This document shows positions 1 through 10,280 of a DNA stretch of 64,000 nt, piece by piece. The notes under the pieces are model-generated. The model was not told the DNA's origin, searched no databases, and was given only the letters and a program-made list of their open reading frames with translations. The stretch covers positions 28,679 through 92,678 of the forward strand of contig CAZVYX010000018.1 of NCBI GenBank assembly GCA_964631725.1. The letters run 5' to 3'. The position numbers were made by a program, and so were the translations under genes. Each line of letters starts with the position of its first letter. Position 1 is the stretch's first letter. The DNA is from an uncultured Rhodospirillaceae bacterium (GTDB lineage: Bacteria > Pseudomonadota > Alphaproteobacteria > GCA-2731375).

Positions 1-84
1 GGGCGAACGGTGGCCTTCTTCCCTGATGAAAGCGCGGATTTCGGCCTGCAAATCCTGATGTTTCTTGGAATAGGTCAGGTCCAT
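1..84 (-). CDS. Probable acyl-CoA dehydrogenase family protein, N-terminus only (runs off window edge)
   Basis: Manual translation from ATG at 84: MDLTYSKKHQDLQAEIRAFIREEGHRSP, resembling the MDLxxS...xEIRxF start of ACAD proteins; only 28 codons visible. Confidence 0.5.
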   Translation of the reverse strand, partial: MDLTYSKKHQDLQAEIRAFIREEGHRSP

Positions 85-159
85 TTAGACGGCGTTCCCC
101 CAAACTCAACAAATTTGGCCGGAATAGTAGCTTCGCCGTGGGCGCGTGAATAGACGAAA

Positions 160-3100
160 TCAGACGTCGTGCACGTCCATCACACCGGGAATGGCCTTCA
201 GGGCACCGCGCACCTGCGGCGTGATCGCGAAACCGCCGGGCAGCGCCATCTCGACCTCGCGTCCCTTGTCGGCCAGTTCCAGCAACAGGGTCACCTGGCC
301 GCGGCCCTTGTGATCCTCCAGCAGATGACGCAGGGAGGCCAGGGGATCGGGGTTCTTCAAGAAGACCTTGATGCCGCCGGCCACGGTCTGGCTGGCGGCA
401 TCGATATCGGTGATCTGGCTGGCGATCATGCGCCGGCCCTTCTCGTCGTCGCGCACATCGAGGGTCATGACGATGGAGTTGCCCTTGATCAGGATGTCCC
501 GGCTGGCGGACAGGGCATCACCGAACAAGGTGACCTCGAATATGCCGGTCTGGTCGGAGACGCGCAGGAAGGCGTATGGATTGCCCTTGGCGCTTTTCCG
601 CTCGCTCATCTCCTCGATCGTGGCGGCGATACGGAATTGCTGGCCGCCGCGATCGGCGCGAATTTCCAACTCGGCGAAATCGACCATGGACTTCCGCGCC
701 AGAAGAGCCGGGTAGGATTCCAGCGGATGGGCGGAAAGGTAAAAGCCGATCGCCTGGGCCTCGTTCGCCAGCTTGTCCAGTTGCAGCCATTCCGTGACCA
801 CGGGCAGCGGCGGCGGCGGCACCGCCGCCGCGCCGTCATCACCGCCGAACAGGCTGACCTGATCGGAATCCCGCTCCGCCGCCGCGGCCCCGGCAAAACG
901 CAGCAAGGTCTCCGCCGCGGCCAGGATCTGCGCCCGGTTCGGGTTCAGGCCGTCGAAGGCGCCGGCGCGGGCCAGGTTCTCCACCTGGCGTTTGTTGATC
1001 TGCCGTGGGTCGAGGCGTCCGGCGAAATCCCAGACGTCCTTGTAGGGTCCGTTCGCGTCGCGCTCGGCCACCACAGCGGCCATGGCCTCGCGGCCGACGT
1101 TCTTCACCGCCGCCAGGGCATAATGGATGCCGCCCGCGTTCTCCGCCGTTGCCTCCGCCGCCACCGTGAAGACGACGCCAGATTTATTCAGGTCGGGCGG
1201 CAGCAGGGCAATGCCCATGCGCTTCACTTCCTGCTTGAACAGGTTCAGCTTGTCCGTATTGGTCAGGTCCAGGGACATGGTTGCGGCCATGAATTCCACC
1301 GGGTGGTTGGCCTTCAGGTAGGCCGTCTGATAGGCGATCAGGGCATAGGCGGCGGCGTGGCTCTTATTGAAGCCATAACCGGCGAACTTGGCGACCAGAT
1401 CAAAGACATACTCCGCCCTGTCGCCATCAATGCCGTTGGCCACCGCACCGTCGACGAAGCGGGAACGCTGGGCATCCATCTCCGCCTTGATTTTCTTGCC
1501 CATGGCGCGGCGCAGAAGATCGGCATCGCCCAGGGAATAGCCCGCCATGACCTGGGCGATCTGCATGACCTGTTCCTGATAGACGATGACGCCATAGGTC
1601 TCGGTCAGAATGCCTTCCAGGCAGGGATGCAGATAGTCCGCCTGTTCGGCGCCGGACTTCACGTTGCAAAAGCGCGGGATGTTATCCATCGGCCCAGGCC
1701 GGTACAGGGCCACCACGGCGATGATATCCTCGAAGCAATCGGGCTGCATCTGGCGTAAGGTGTCGCGCATGCCGGCGCCTTCCAACTGGAACACGCCGGC
1801 GGTCTCGCCCCGGGCGATCAGGTCATAGGATGCCTTGTCGTCGAGGGGAATATGGGGAAGATCAAAATCCGGTTCGCGGCGGTGGATCATCTCCACCGCC
1901 CGGTCCAGTACCGTCAGGGTCTTGAGGCCAAGAAAATCGAACTTCACCAGGCCGGCCGGTTCCACCCATTTCATGTTGAACTGGGTGACGGGCATGTCGG
2001 AATGGGGATCACGGTACAGCGGGACCAGTTGCTCCAACGGCCTGTCGCCGATCACCACGCCGGCGGCATGGGTCGAGGCATGGCGGTACAACCCCTCCAG
2101 CTTCATGGCGATATCAAACAGCTTGTCGACGCCCGGCTCCTCGCGCATCACCTGTTTGATGCGCGGTTCCGCCTTCAGGGCCTCGGGCAAGGTTGTTGGG
2201 TTGGCCGGGTTATTTGGCACCATCTTGCACAGCCGATCGACCAGTCCAAACGGCATTTCCAACACCCGGCCAACATCGCGCAGGGCGGCGCGGGCCTGAA
2301 GCTTACCGAAGGTGATGATCTGGGCGACCTGGTCGTGGCCGTATTTTTCCTGCACATAGCGGATCACCTGGTCCCGCTTGTCCTGGCAGAAGTCGATGTC
2401 GAAGTCAGGCATGGACACCCGCTCAGGGTTCAGGAACCGTTCGAACAGCAGGCCAAATCGCAGCGGATCCAGATCGGTGATTTTCAAGGACCAGGCGACG
2501 ACGGAGCCGGCGCCCGAACCACGCCCCGGCCCCACCGGTATCGCCTGCGCCTTGGCCCATTGGATGAAATCGGCAACGATCAGAAAATAGCCGGCGAAGC
2601 CCATGTTGACGATCACGTCCAACTCGAACGCCAGGCGTTCCTTGTAGGGTTCCGCCTGCTCGGAAGAGAGGTCGATGCCGACGTCGGCCATACGTTCCGC
2701 CAGGCCCTCCTCGGCCATGGCCCGCATGACGGCCTGTTCATCGCCGCCGTCGCCAAAATTGGGCAGGATCGGGTCGCGCATGGGCACCCGGTAGGCGCAG
2801 CGCCGGGCGATCACCAGGGTATTGTCCAGAGCCTCGGGCAAATCGGCGAACAGGGCCCGCATCTCCCGCGAGGAGCGGAAATAGTGCTGCGTCGTCAGGC
2901 GGCGGCGGTCACTCTGGCTAACGGTGTTCTTCTGGGCAATGCAAATCAGGGCGTCATGGGCCTCGTACATCCCAGGGTCCGCGAAATGAACATCATTGGT
3001 CGCGACCAAGGGCAGATCGAATTCGTAGGCCAGATCGATCATCGCCGCTTCGCAGGCGGCTTCCTCCGGCAGCCCGTGCCGTTGCATCTCGATATACAGC

Positions 3101-3621
3101 CGACCCGGAAAAATACCGGTCAGTTCCCCCAGCAATTTCCGACCATGGTCCAGCTGGCCGGCCTGGAGCAGCCGGCCCAGCGGCCCGTCCGCGCCGCCCG
3201 TGAGGCAGATCAGGCCGTCGTTCCACTGCCGCAGGTCGTCCAACTCTATCTGAGGTGTCGCGCCGCCCTCGCTCTCCAGATAGGCCTTCGAGGATAGACG
3301 GGACAAATTCTCATAACCGGCCTCTGACTGCACAAGCAAAACCAGACGGTCAGGCTCATTGTCGACACCCCCGTGTTTTGCGGGGTCATCCCCGTCGCCC
3401 GAACACAGCGCCATGGCGGCACCGATAATGGGTTGGACGCCGGCATTGATCATCGCTTCGGAGAATTCCAGAGCACCAAAAAGATTGCCGGTGTCCGTGA
3501 TCGCCACCGCCGGCATTTCGCCATGACGGCAAAGTTCCGCCATATCCTTGATGTGAATGGCGCCCTCCGACAGGGAAAATGCGGAATGGACGCGAAGATG
3601 GACGAAATCAGCGTGCGGCAT
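160..3621 (-). CDS. dnaE: DNA polymerase III alpha subunit
   Basis: 1153 aa; PHP domain (HLRVHSAFS), GPGRGSGAGS, PDFDIDF, KFDFLGL, FAGYGFNKSH motifs. Confidence 0.99.
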   Translation of the reverse strand: MPHADFVHLRVHSAFSLSEGAIHIKDMAELCRHGEMPAVAITDTGNLFGALEFSEAMINAGVQPIIGAAMALCSGDGDDPAKHGGVDNEPDRLVLLVQSEAGYENLSRLSSKAYLESEGGATPQIELDDLRQWNDGLICLTGGADGPLGRLLQAGQLDHGRKLLGELTGIFPGRLYIEMQRHGLPEEAACEAAMIDLAYEFDLPLVATNDVHFADPGMYEAHDALICIAQKNTVSQSDRRRLTTQHYFRSSREMRALFADLPEALDNTLVIARRCAYRVPMRDPILPNFGDGGDEQAVMRAMAEEGLAERMADVGIDLSSEQAEPYKERLAFELDVIVNMGFAGYFLIVADFIQWAKAQAIPVGPGRGSGAGSVVAWSLKITDLDPLRFGLLFERFLNPERVSMPDFDIDFCQDKRDQVIRYVQEKYGHDQVAQIITFGKLQARAALRDVGRVLEMPFGLVDRLCKMVPNNPANPTTLPEALKAEPRIKQVMREEPGVDKLFDIAMKLEGLYRHASTHAAGVVIGDRPLEQLVPLYRDPHSDMPVTQFNMKWVEPAGLVKFDFLGLKTLTVLDRAVEMIHRREPDFDLPHIPLDDKASYDLIARGETAGVFQLEGAGMRDTLRQMQPDCFEDIIAVVALYRPGPMDNIPRFCNVKSGAEQADYLHPCLEGILTETYGVIVYQEQVMQIAQVMAGYSLGDADLLRRAMGKKIKAEMDAQRSRFVDGAVANGIDGDRAEYVFDLVAKFAGYGFNKSHAAAYALIAYQTAYLKANHPVEFMAATMSLDLTNTDKLNLFKQEVKRMGIALLPPDLNKSGVVFTVAAEATAENAGGIHYALAAVKNVGREAMAAVVAERDANGPYKDVWDFAGRLDPRQINKRQVENLARAGAFDGLNPNRAQILAAAETLLRFAGAAAAERDSDQVSLFGGDDGAAAVPPPPLPVVTEWLQLDKLANEAQAIGFYLSAHPLESYPALLARKSMVDFAELEIRADRGGQQFRIAATIEEMSERKSAKGNPYAFLRVSDQTGIFEVTLFGDALSASRDILIKGNSIVMTLDVRDDEKGRRMIASQITDIDAASQTVAGGIKVFLKNPDPLASLRHLLEDHKGRGQVTLLLELADKGREVEMALPGGFAITPQVRGALKAIPGVMDVHDV

Positions 3622-3830
3622 GGCTGCTTCTCTGTTGTCTGGCGTTTTCGGGATACTGTTGCCTCGAGAATCACCCGAATCCTTCCACGCCGGTGCACCC
3701 CTGTCGACTCAACTGTTGCGCCGGTGGAGAAGCGGGGCGTGCCAACGAACCACAATATTTATCGATGCTTCCCTTCCCGGCTGGAATGCGGCAGATTTGG
3801 GCCCGCCAGCGAGCAACAAAGGGCGGCGGT

Positions 3831-4580
3831 ATGATTGAAGTTCAAGGCCTGCGTAAAAGTTTCAATAATGTCGAGGTTTTGCGTGGCGTTGATTTCTCCG
3901 CCCGTGACGGCAAGATCACCGGCCTGATCGGCCCCAACGGCGCCGGCAAGACGACCACATTGCGCATGCTCTACACGGTGTTGCGTCCCGACAGCGGCCG
4001 GGCCCTGGTCGATGGTCATGACGCCAGCATCGACCGCCTGGAAGTGCAACGCAAAATTGGCGTACTGCCCGATAACCGGGGCCTTTACCCCCGCCTGACG
4101 GCGCGCGAGCACATCCGCTATTTCGGCCGTCTGCACGGCCTGGGCGGGGCGGAGTTGGAGGCGCGCATCGAACGTCTGGTCGAACGCCTGGGGATGGAGG
4201 AAATCGCGGACCGGCGATCCAAGGGATTTTCCAAGGGTCAAACCCTGAAAGTCGCCCTGGCCCGCGCCCTGGTTCACGAACCGCCCAACGTGATACTGGA
4301 CGAGCCGACCAACGGCCTGGATATCGCTTCCAGCCGGGCGGTGCGTGATCTGATCCGGGAAATCCGCGACCAGGGACGCTGTGTGCTGTTCTCAAGCCAT
4401 ATCATGGGTGAGGTCGAGGCTCTGTGCGATCGCATCATCGTCATCTCCGACGGTCTGATCGTCGCCGACGGCGCGCCGGAGGAGCTGCGCCGGGCGACGG
4501 GAAAAGGCGATCTGGAAGAGGTCTTTCTGGCAACCATCACCCAGGCCGAGCTGGCCAATCTCGGTGTCAGCCGTGCGTAA
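3831..4580 (+). CDS. ABC transporter ATP-binding protein, NatA-like
   Basis: Walker A GPNGAGKTT, signature FSKGQ, ILDEPT, H-loop SSH; start set at MIEVQGLRKSF. Confidence 0.9.
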   Translation: MIEVQGLRKSFNNVEVLRGVDFSARDGKITGLIGPNGAGKTTTLRMLYTVLRPDSGRALVDGHDASIDRLEVQRKIGVLPDNRGLYPRLTAREHIRYFGRLHGLGGAELEARIERLVERLGMEEIADRRSKGFSKGQTLKVALARALVHEPPNVILDEPTNGLDIASSRAVRDLIREIRDQGRCVLFSSHIMGEVEALCDRIIVISDGLIVADGAPEELRRATGKGDLEEVFLATITQAELANLGVSRA

Positions 4581-5745
4581 TATCTGGGTTGTTTTCGTCA
4601 AGGAAAGCATCGATAACCTGCGTGACCGGCGCAGTCTTTTTCTGGCCCTGATCTATCCGGTCATCGGCGCCTTGCTGCTGGGCCTGCTGGTCAGCTTCGT
4701 CGGCGGCATGTTTCGCGGCCAAAGCGACAGCACCCTGTACCTGCACGTGGCGGGGGCCGACCAGGCACCTCAATTGATGGCGCATCTGGTCGGCGAGGGC
4801 GTCAATATTCAGCCCGCGCCCCCCGATCCCCAGAAAGCAGTGCGCAGCGGTATTGCCGATGCGGTGTTGGTTGTCCCCGACGGTCACGCGGACAAATTCG
4901 CCAACCAGCAGCCCGCCCAACTAAACATGGTCGTCAACGCCACGCGCCTCTCCACCGTGATCAAGGTCAGCCGCGTCGTTGAAATTCTGCGTAATTTTGG
5001 CCGCGAGGTGGGCCAGAAGCGTCTGCGCGACCACGGCATCGACCCGGACGTGGCGGCGCCACTGGATATCCGTTCCATCAATGTGGGGCGCTCGCGCAAC
5101 CTGGCCGGATTTTTTCTCAATATGCTGCCCCCCTTCATTATTTTCACGATCTTTGTCGGCGGCGTGTATTTGGCTATCGACACCACCTCGGGAGAACGGG
5201 AGCGCGGTTCGTTGGAGCCGTTACTGGCCAATCCGGTTGCCAGGTGGCAGTTCATGCTGGGCAAGGCCCTGGCGACCTTTGTCTTCACCTTGACAGCGGT
5301 GGTCGTGCAATTGCTGGCCTTCAAGATCATGTTCGAGATCATCGCGTCCGGCGAATACGGCATCAAACTGAACCCCGATATTTCCGCCTTTATTTCCGTC
5401 GCCTTGATCTGCCTGCCCCTGATCGGCTTCGCCGTCGCTCTGCAGATCATTGTCGCCACGGCATCACGCAGCTACAAGGAGACCCAGACCTATCTTGGCC
5501 TGCTGCCTCTGCTGCCCTCCCTGCCCGGCATGATCCTGGTCTTCGTGCCCATAAAGGCGCAGATCTGGATGATGATGATCCCCACCTTCGGGCAGATCCT
5601 GTTGATCGGCCGGTTGATGCGTCAGGAACCCCCGATCTGGATGAATATTGCGGTATCGGTGACGGCAACCAGCCTGGTCACGGCGGTTCTGCTGTATGGC
5701 GCGGCCTATCTGTACAATCGTGATCGCATGATTTTTGGCGGGTAA
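4564..5745 (+). CDS. ABC-2 type permease, NatB-like
   Basis: KESIDNLRDRRSL N-terminus, GERERGSLEPLL motif, multiple TM segments; overlaps the ATPase gene. Confidence 0.88.
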   Translation: MSAVRNIWVVFVKESIDNLRDRRSLFLALIYPVIGALLLGLLVSFVGGMFRGQSDSTLYLHVAGADQAPQLMAHLVGEGVNIQPAPPDPQKAVRSGIADAVLVVPDGHADKFANQQPAQLNMVVNATRLSTVIKVSRVVEILRNFGREVGQKRLRDHGIDPDVAAPLDIRSINVGRSRNLAGFFLNMLPPFIIFTIFVGGVYLAIDTTSGERERGSLEPLLANPVARWQFMLGKALATFVFTLTAVVVQLLAFKIMFEIIASGEYGIKLNPDISAFISVALICLPLIGFAVALQIIVATASRSYKETQTYLGLLPLLPSLPGMILVFVPIKAQIWMMMIPTFGQILLIGRLMRQEPPIWMNIAVSVTATSLVTAVLLYGAAYLYNRDRMIFGG

Positions 5746-5845
5746 CCAGCCGTTGCCCGCCCGGCAATGATGAGACTAGCCCCGTTGCAACAACAATAGT
5801 AAGGTAAATTCGCTGAAGAGAGCAGGTCTGAGGGGGCAAACAATC

Positions 5846-6565
5846 GTGTCGAGCACACAGGATGGCCGTCTGGCCAAGATCGGCTTGCTGGACGGCGTTG
5901 GCGACGAGGAAAAGCGCAATCTTGAAAAGCGCTGCCGCTGGCGCCGCTATAAATCCGGCGAGCAAATTCTGGACAAGGACAGCGGCGACCGCGATGTCTA
6001 TTTTGTCTCCGAGGGCGCCGTGCAGGTCGTCAACTTCTCCATGACGGGACGGGAGATCGCCTTGGCGCGCCTGCAATCAGGCAGCTTTTTCGGCGAACTG
6101 TCCGCAATTGATGGCGAGCCCCGTTCGGCCAGCGTCGTGGCCCTGGAGGATTGCCTACTGGGTTCGCTGTCGCCGCAGCTCTTCATCGATCAGATTGTCG
6201 GCCATCCGGAATTGGCGGTGCGCGTGCTGGGCCGCCTGGCCGGCATCGTGCGCAGTTGCGATGAACGGATCATGGATTTGTCGACACTGGGCGCGGTCGA
6301 TCGGGTGTACCGGCAATTGTTGCGCCTGGCCGAGGAAAGCCCGGTCGATCCGGGCAGTTGGCTGATCCGCAGTCTGCCCACGCACAAGGCCATCGCGGCA
6401 ATGGCATCAACCACGCGGGAAACCGTTGCCCGTTCGATCTCGCAACTGGCCGCCGGTAATATCGTGGAACGCAAGGGCCGCATACTCTATCTGCGCGACC
6501 GTGAACGGCTGGAAAAATTGGCTGGTGCCCTGGACGATGCCCTGCAAGAGGATTTTTCCCGCTAG
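5846..6565 (+). CDS. Crp/Fnr family transcriptional regulator
   Basis: cNMP-binding FFGELSAIDGEPRSASV; HTH with TTRETVAR. Confidence 0.93.
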   Translation: MSSTQDGRLAKIGLLDGVGDEEKRNLEKRCRWRRYKSGEQILDKDSGDRDVYFVSEGAVQVVNFSMTGREIALARLQSGSFFGELSAIDGEPRSASVVALEDCLLGSLSPQLFIDQIVGHPELAVRVLGRLAGIVRSCDERIMDLSTLGAVDRVYRQLLRLAEESPVDPGSWLIRSLPTHKAIAAMASTTRETVARSISQLAAGNIVERKGRILYLRDRERLEKLAGALDDALQEDFSR

Positions 6566-6590
6566 ATCTCCGGACGCCCGGTTCGGGCGA

Positions 6591-6794
6591 TCAGGTGCCG
6601 CTGCCGGCCAGGGTCGTCTGAATGATTTCGAACAGATCTATGATTTCCTCGCCAATTGAAAAGATGGCGGCAACGATGGCGACCCCAATGCCGGTACCGA
6701 TCAACGCATATTCCATGGCGGTTGCGCCCGATGGATCCGCCAGCCCGGTACATTTCAGAACACTATTCACAGCAGCCGCGGTCTTGGCCCACAT
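6591..6794 (-). CDS. Flp/Fap family type IVb (Tad) pilin
   Basis: 67 aa; prepilin motif G/ATAMEYALI followed by a hydrophobic helix. Confidence 0.82.
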   Translation of the reverse strand: MWAKTAAAVNSVLKCTGLADPSGATAMEYALIGTGIGVAIVAAIFSIGEEIIDLFEIIQTTLAGSGT

Positions 6795-6915
6795 GACTTA
6801 ATCCTTCTAGATTCGACCCGCCGCTCCGTCGCAAATTTGCCCGGATGCGGTGCGGTGGATCCCTCCCAGGGCTGCATATTGGCTATCATTCGTTAATTAA
6901 AACCCTACATGATAC

Positions 6916-6931
6916 TTAAGATGTTCTTAAC
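6916..6931. promoter_or_regulatory. CtrA binding site
   Basis: TTAA-gatgttc-TTAAC, exact TTAA-N7-TTAAC consensus, upstream of the Flp pilin. Confidence 0.75.
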
Positions 6932-6960
6932 CACACGGCCAAGCCCAGAGGCAAACCGCC

Positions 6961-7158
6961 ATGACAAGACCCATTCTGATTGTTACCGCGCTTTTCATCC
7001 TTGCGGGCTGTCTGGCGGAAGGGCCTACCTGGTATGAAGACCGCTGTCTGAATCTTGGCCTGAATCGTGGCAGTGCCGATTTCAACAAATGTATTGAACG
7101 GGATCAGCGTTGGATCGACGAGATTCATATCCGCGCCCAGCGCGAGCGTGGACCCTGA
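6961..7158 (+). CDS. Small lipoprotein of unknown function
   Basis: Signal peptide with lipobox ILAGC; two further Cys (CLNLG...FNKC); AGAGG upstream. Confidence 0.65.
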   Translation: MTRPILIVTALFILAGCLAEGPTWYEDRCLNLGLNRGSADFNKCIERDQRWIDEIHIRAQRERGP

Positions 7159-7704
7159 TCAGACCGGCGTTTGCCCGCCCGATTGCCGCATGATGGTGGT
7201 GACAGCCGCCTGCAGCCGCTGCAGACCCGGCTCCGGCCGGCCACCCATGGCCGAAAGCGCGGCGAGCGTGCCCGCCAGATAACCCCTTGAGGTACCCTTG
7301 CGCCCCTCCCCCTGGGCAACCAGCATGGCGCTTCGATCCAGGGGCTGCTTGCCGATATAGCGGGGATGGCCGGGGTCGGCCGTGAAGGTCAGGGCCCGGA
7401 TCGGCCCCTGCCGGGTTTGCAGCGGGACATCAATATGGCGATAGGCCACTTCCCGTTGCCGCAAATAGCCCCGCGTCCGCCACCAATGCCCAGGTGCTAT
7501 GCGAAAGGCGCAGCCCAGGCTCTCGCCACCCGGTACCAGGGTGAGGATCAGGCCGGGCCGCTCAACCGAACCCCAGGCCAGGGTGCTTTGCAAGGCATGG
7601 GCCCGGTGCCAGCCGGGCAGCAACGCCGGGCGCCGCTCAATATAAGGAAAATCCGGCTGCCACATGAGCGAGCCATAACCGAAAACCCAATGCTGCGCCG
7701 CCAT
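7159..7704 (-). CDS. chaC: ChaC-family glutathione-specific gamma-glutamylcyclotransferase
   Basis: WVFGYGSLMW, WGSVERPGL, YLRQRE motifs. Confidence 0.85.
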   Translation of the reverse strand: MAAQHWVFGYGSLMWQPDFPYIERRPALLPGWHRAHALQSTLAWGSVERPGLILTLVPGGESLGCAFRIAPGHWWRTRGYLRQREVAYRHIDVPLQTRQGPIRALTFTADPGHPRYIGKQPLDRSAMLVAQGEGRKGTSRGYLAGTLAALSAMGGRPEPGLQRLQAAVTTIMRQSGGQTPV

Positions 7705-7723
7705 CCGGTCTACACCCGCATCG

Positions 7724-8503
7724 CTATGACTTGGGCTTTAGGTGCGCGGCCACCAGGCGGCGGGGCTCGTCGGTCTCGTAGGCATCACCAAAGGGGTCGA
7801 TGCCGGCCTCAATCGCCGCCGCCAGGCCCAGTTCCTCCCAGCGGCCGATCAGCGCCTTTTGCGATCGGACGACAAGGGGGCCGGCTTCCAGTATGCGGCC
7901 GAGCCAGGTTTCCACCCAATTGTCCAGTTCGTCCGCCGGCACCAATTTCTCAACGAAATGCATGGCCAGGGCCTCGTCGGCGTCATAGTTGGCGCCGGTC
8001 AACAGCAGCTCCCGTGTTTTTCCCCAACCGATCAATTGCGGCAGCAAGGCGGCCTCAATCACCGACGGCAGGCCGACCTTAACCTCCGGCATGCCCATGA
8101 CGAAGCTGTCATCGGCGACACGGAAATCGCAGGCCGCCGCCAACTCCAACCCCGCGCCGAGGCAAAATCCGCGCAGGCGGCCGATCACCGGCACCGGCAA
8201 ATCGCGGATCGCGGCGGCCGCCAGGTGTAGCTGCGTGATGAAACGCCGCGCACTGTCCGGCTCCAACTCCGCCAGTTCGTTCAGATCAGCGCCCGCCATG
8301 AAGGCCCTGTCGCCGGCTCCGGTCAGCACCGCCGCCCGCAAACCGTCATCCTGGGCCAGACTTTCAAAAGCCGCTTTTAGATCCGCCACCAGCGGCATCG
8401 AACCGGCGTTCAGCCGCCGCTGATTGTCCATGCGCACCCAGGCAACGCGCCCAGGCGCCCTTTCCTCGATTTCCACCCGCACTGTCGGCCTTGCGTCCGC
8501 CAT
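7724..8503 (-). CDS. Enoyl-CoA hydratase/isomerase family protein
   Basis: AFMAGADL, GAGLELAAACD, MPEVKVG crotonase motifs. Confidence 0.92.
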   Translation of the reverse strand: MADARPTVRVEIEERAPGRVAWVRMDNQRRLNAGSMPLVADLKAAFESLAQDDGLRAAVLTGAGDRAFMAGADLNELAELEPDSARRFITQLHLAAAAIRDLPVPVIGRLRGFCLGAGLELAAACDFRVADDSFVMGMPEVKVGLPSVIEAALLPQLIGWGKTRELLLTGANYDADEALAMHFVEKLVPADELDNWVETWLGRILEAGPLVVRSQKALIGRWEELGLAAAIEAGIDPFGDAYETDEPRRLVAAHLKPKS

Positions 8504-8611
8504 CTACTCCACCTCGCAGTTACTCGCTGACCGCCCTTGATATCACAGGCGGGGGAAGCACCAACACTTGATTGGCTCACGCCTTCGGCAAAGGCATGCT
8601 AGATTGCGGCC

Positions 8612-9778
8612 ATGGCAGTCGATGACAGAAATTCAACAATGGCGCTTGTCGTCGCCGGCGGACGCGGCAGCCGCATGGGCGGTCCGGTGGCAAAGCAGTA
8701 TCAAAGCCTGGCCGGCATTCCCGTGCTGCGCCATGCCCTGTTGGCCTTTTGCCATCATCCGGCTATTGACGCGGTCGCCGCCGTTATTGGCGCCGACGAC
8801 CGGGAGCTTTACGACCAAGCCGCCGCGGGCCTGGAGATGCTGCCGCCAATTACGGGCGGCGAAAGCCGGCAGCAATCCGTCCTGAATGGCTTGCGGGGCC
8901 TGGCGGCCCTGAACCCCGATCAAGTCTTGATCCACGATGGCGCCCGGCCCTTTATCTCGGCCACGGTGATCAACAATGTCCTGGCCGGACTGGACGACAA
9001 CGACGGCGCCATCGCGGCCATACCCGTGGTCGACAGCCTGAAGCGGGGCAGTGACGGCCTGATCATGGATGACGTCCCGCGCGAGGGTTTGTGGCAGGCG
9101 CAGACGCCGCAGGGCTTTGCCTTTTCGGCCATTTTGGCGGCGCATGAGGCCGCGGGTGCGGGGCACACCGATGATGCCTCCCTGGCCCGTGCCGCCGGTA
9201 TGAACGTCGCCCTGGTCGCGGGCGCGCCGGAAAACGGCAAGATCACCACGGCCGAGGATCTGGCCCGGGCCGACGGCGCCCATGCCGCGCGGCTGTTCGA
9301 CGTCCGCGTCGGCCAGGGCTTCGATGTGCATCGGTTTGAGCCGGGCGGCCATGTCCGCCTGTGCGGCGTTGATATTCCCCATGGCGCCGCCCTGGCCGGC
9401 CATAGCGACGCCGACGTCGCCCTGCACGCGATCACCGATGCCATATTGGGCGCCATTGGCGATGGCGACATCGGCAGACACTTCCCGCCAAGCGAGGCGC
9501 AATGGCGGGATGCGGATTCGGCCCGCTTCGTTGCATTCGCGGTGGACCGGGTGCATGCCCTTGGCGGCCGCCTGGCTCATCTGGACCTGACAATCATTTG
9601 CGAAGCGCCGCGTATCACGCCGCATCACGAGGCCATGGCGGCGCGTCTAAGTGACATCGCCGGCCTGGAGACCAACCGGCTCAGCATCAAGGCGACGACG
9701 ACGGAGCGCCTGGGCTTCACCGGCCGCAACGAAGGCATCGCGGCCCAGGCCACCGCCACCGTGCGGCTGCCGATCTGA
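8612..9778 (+). CDS. ispDF: Bifunctional IspD/IspF (MEP pathway)
   Basis: AGGRGSRM, IHDGARP, QTPQGF (IspD); GFDVH, HSDADV, KATTTERLGF (IspF). Confidence 0.97.
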   Translation: MAVDDRNSTMALVVAGGRGSRMGGPVAKQYQSLAGIPVLRHALLAFCHHPAIDAVAAVIGADDRELYDQAAAGLEMLPPITGGESRQQSVLNGLRGLAALNPDQVLIHDGARPFISATVINNVLAGLDDNDGAIAAIPVVDSLKRGSDGLIMDDVPREGLWQAQTPQGFAFSAILAAHEAAGAGHTDDASLARAAGMNVALVAGAPENGKITTAEDLARADGAHAARLFDVRVGQGFDVHRFEPGGHVRLCGVDIPHGAALAGHSDADVALHAITDAILGAIGDGDIGRHFPPSEAQWRDADSARFVAFAVDRVHALGGRLAHLDLTIICEAPRITPHHEAMAARLSDIAGLETNRLSIKATTTERLGFTGRNEGIAAQATATVRLPI

Positions 9779-10264
9779 ATGGGCAGGATTCTTACCAAAG
9801 CGGCTCTGCCGCTTTCGCACCCCGCCTGCCTGCTGGCGACCTGGTTCGGCAGCGGCCTGCTGCGGCCCGCTCCCGGCACCTGGGGTTCATTGGCGGCCCT
9901 GCCGTTTGCCTGGATCATCACCTATTACGCCGGGCCCATCGCCCTGGCCGCGGCGACCGTAGCGGTCTTCGCCCTGGGCTGCTGGGCTGGCGGGGTCTAC
10001 GAACGGGCCGGTGGGGACAAGGATCCTGGCGTTGTAGTGATCGACGAGGTCGCCGGGCAATGGCTGGTGCTGATCGCGGCACCGCTCGATCCCTGGTACT
10101 ATTTGGCGGCTTTCGTGTTGTTTCGCATTTGCGACATCCTCAAACCCTGGCCGGCCAATTGGGCGGACCGTAAAATATCGGGCGGCGTGGGCATCATGAT
10201 GGATGATATTCTGGCGGCCCTGTACGCGGCCGCGGCCATCTGGGCGTTTCGAGTTTGGTATTGA
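9779..10264 (+). CDS. pgpA: Phosphatidylglycerophosphatase A
   Basis: PAPGTWGS, VIDEVAGQW, DILKPWP, GIMMDD. Confidence 0.95.
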   Translation: MGRILTKAALPLSHPACLLATWFGSGLLRPAPGTWGSLAALPFAWIITYYAGPIALAAATVAVFALGCWAGGVYERAGGDKDPGVVVIDEVAGQWLVLIAAPLDPWYYLAAFVLFRICDILKPWPANWADRKISGGVGIMMDDILAALYAAAAIWAFRVWY

Positions 10265-10280
10265 TGAGAGGAGACGGACG

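Noticed and set aside
169-3297. Long antisense or alternate-frame ORFs (e.g. 169-1758, 1852-3297; likewise 33051-34355, 36137-37363, 59559-61556)
   Set aside because: Shadow ORFs opposite well-supported genes, expected in high-GC DNA; no recognisable motifs.
3749-3765. NrdR-box-like CCACAATATTTATCG upstream of dnaE
   Set aside because: Right half deviates from consensus and there is only one copy; too weak to call.
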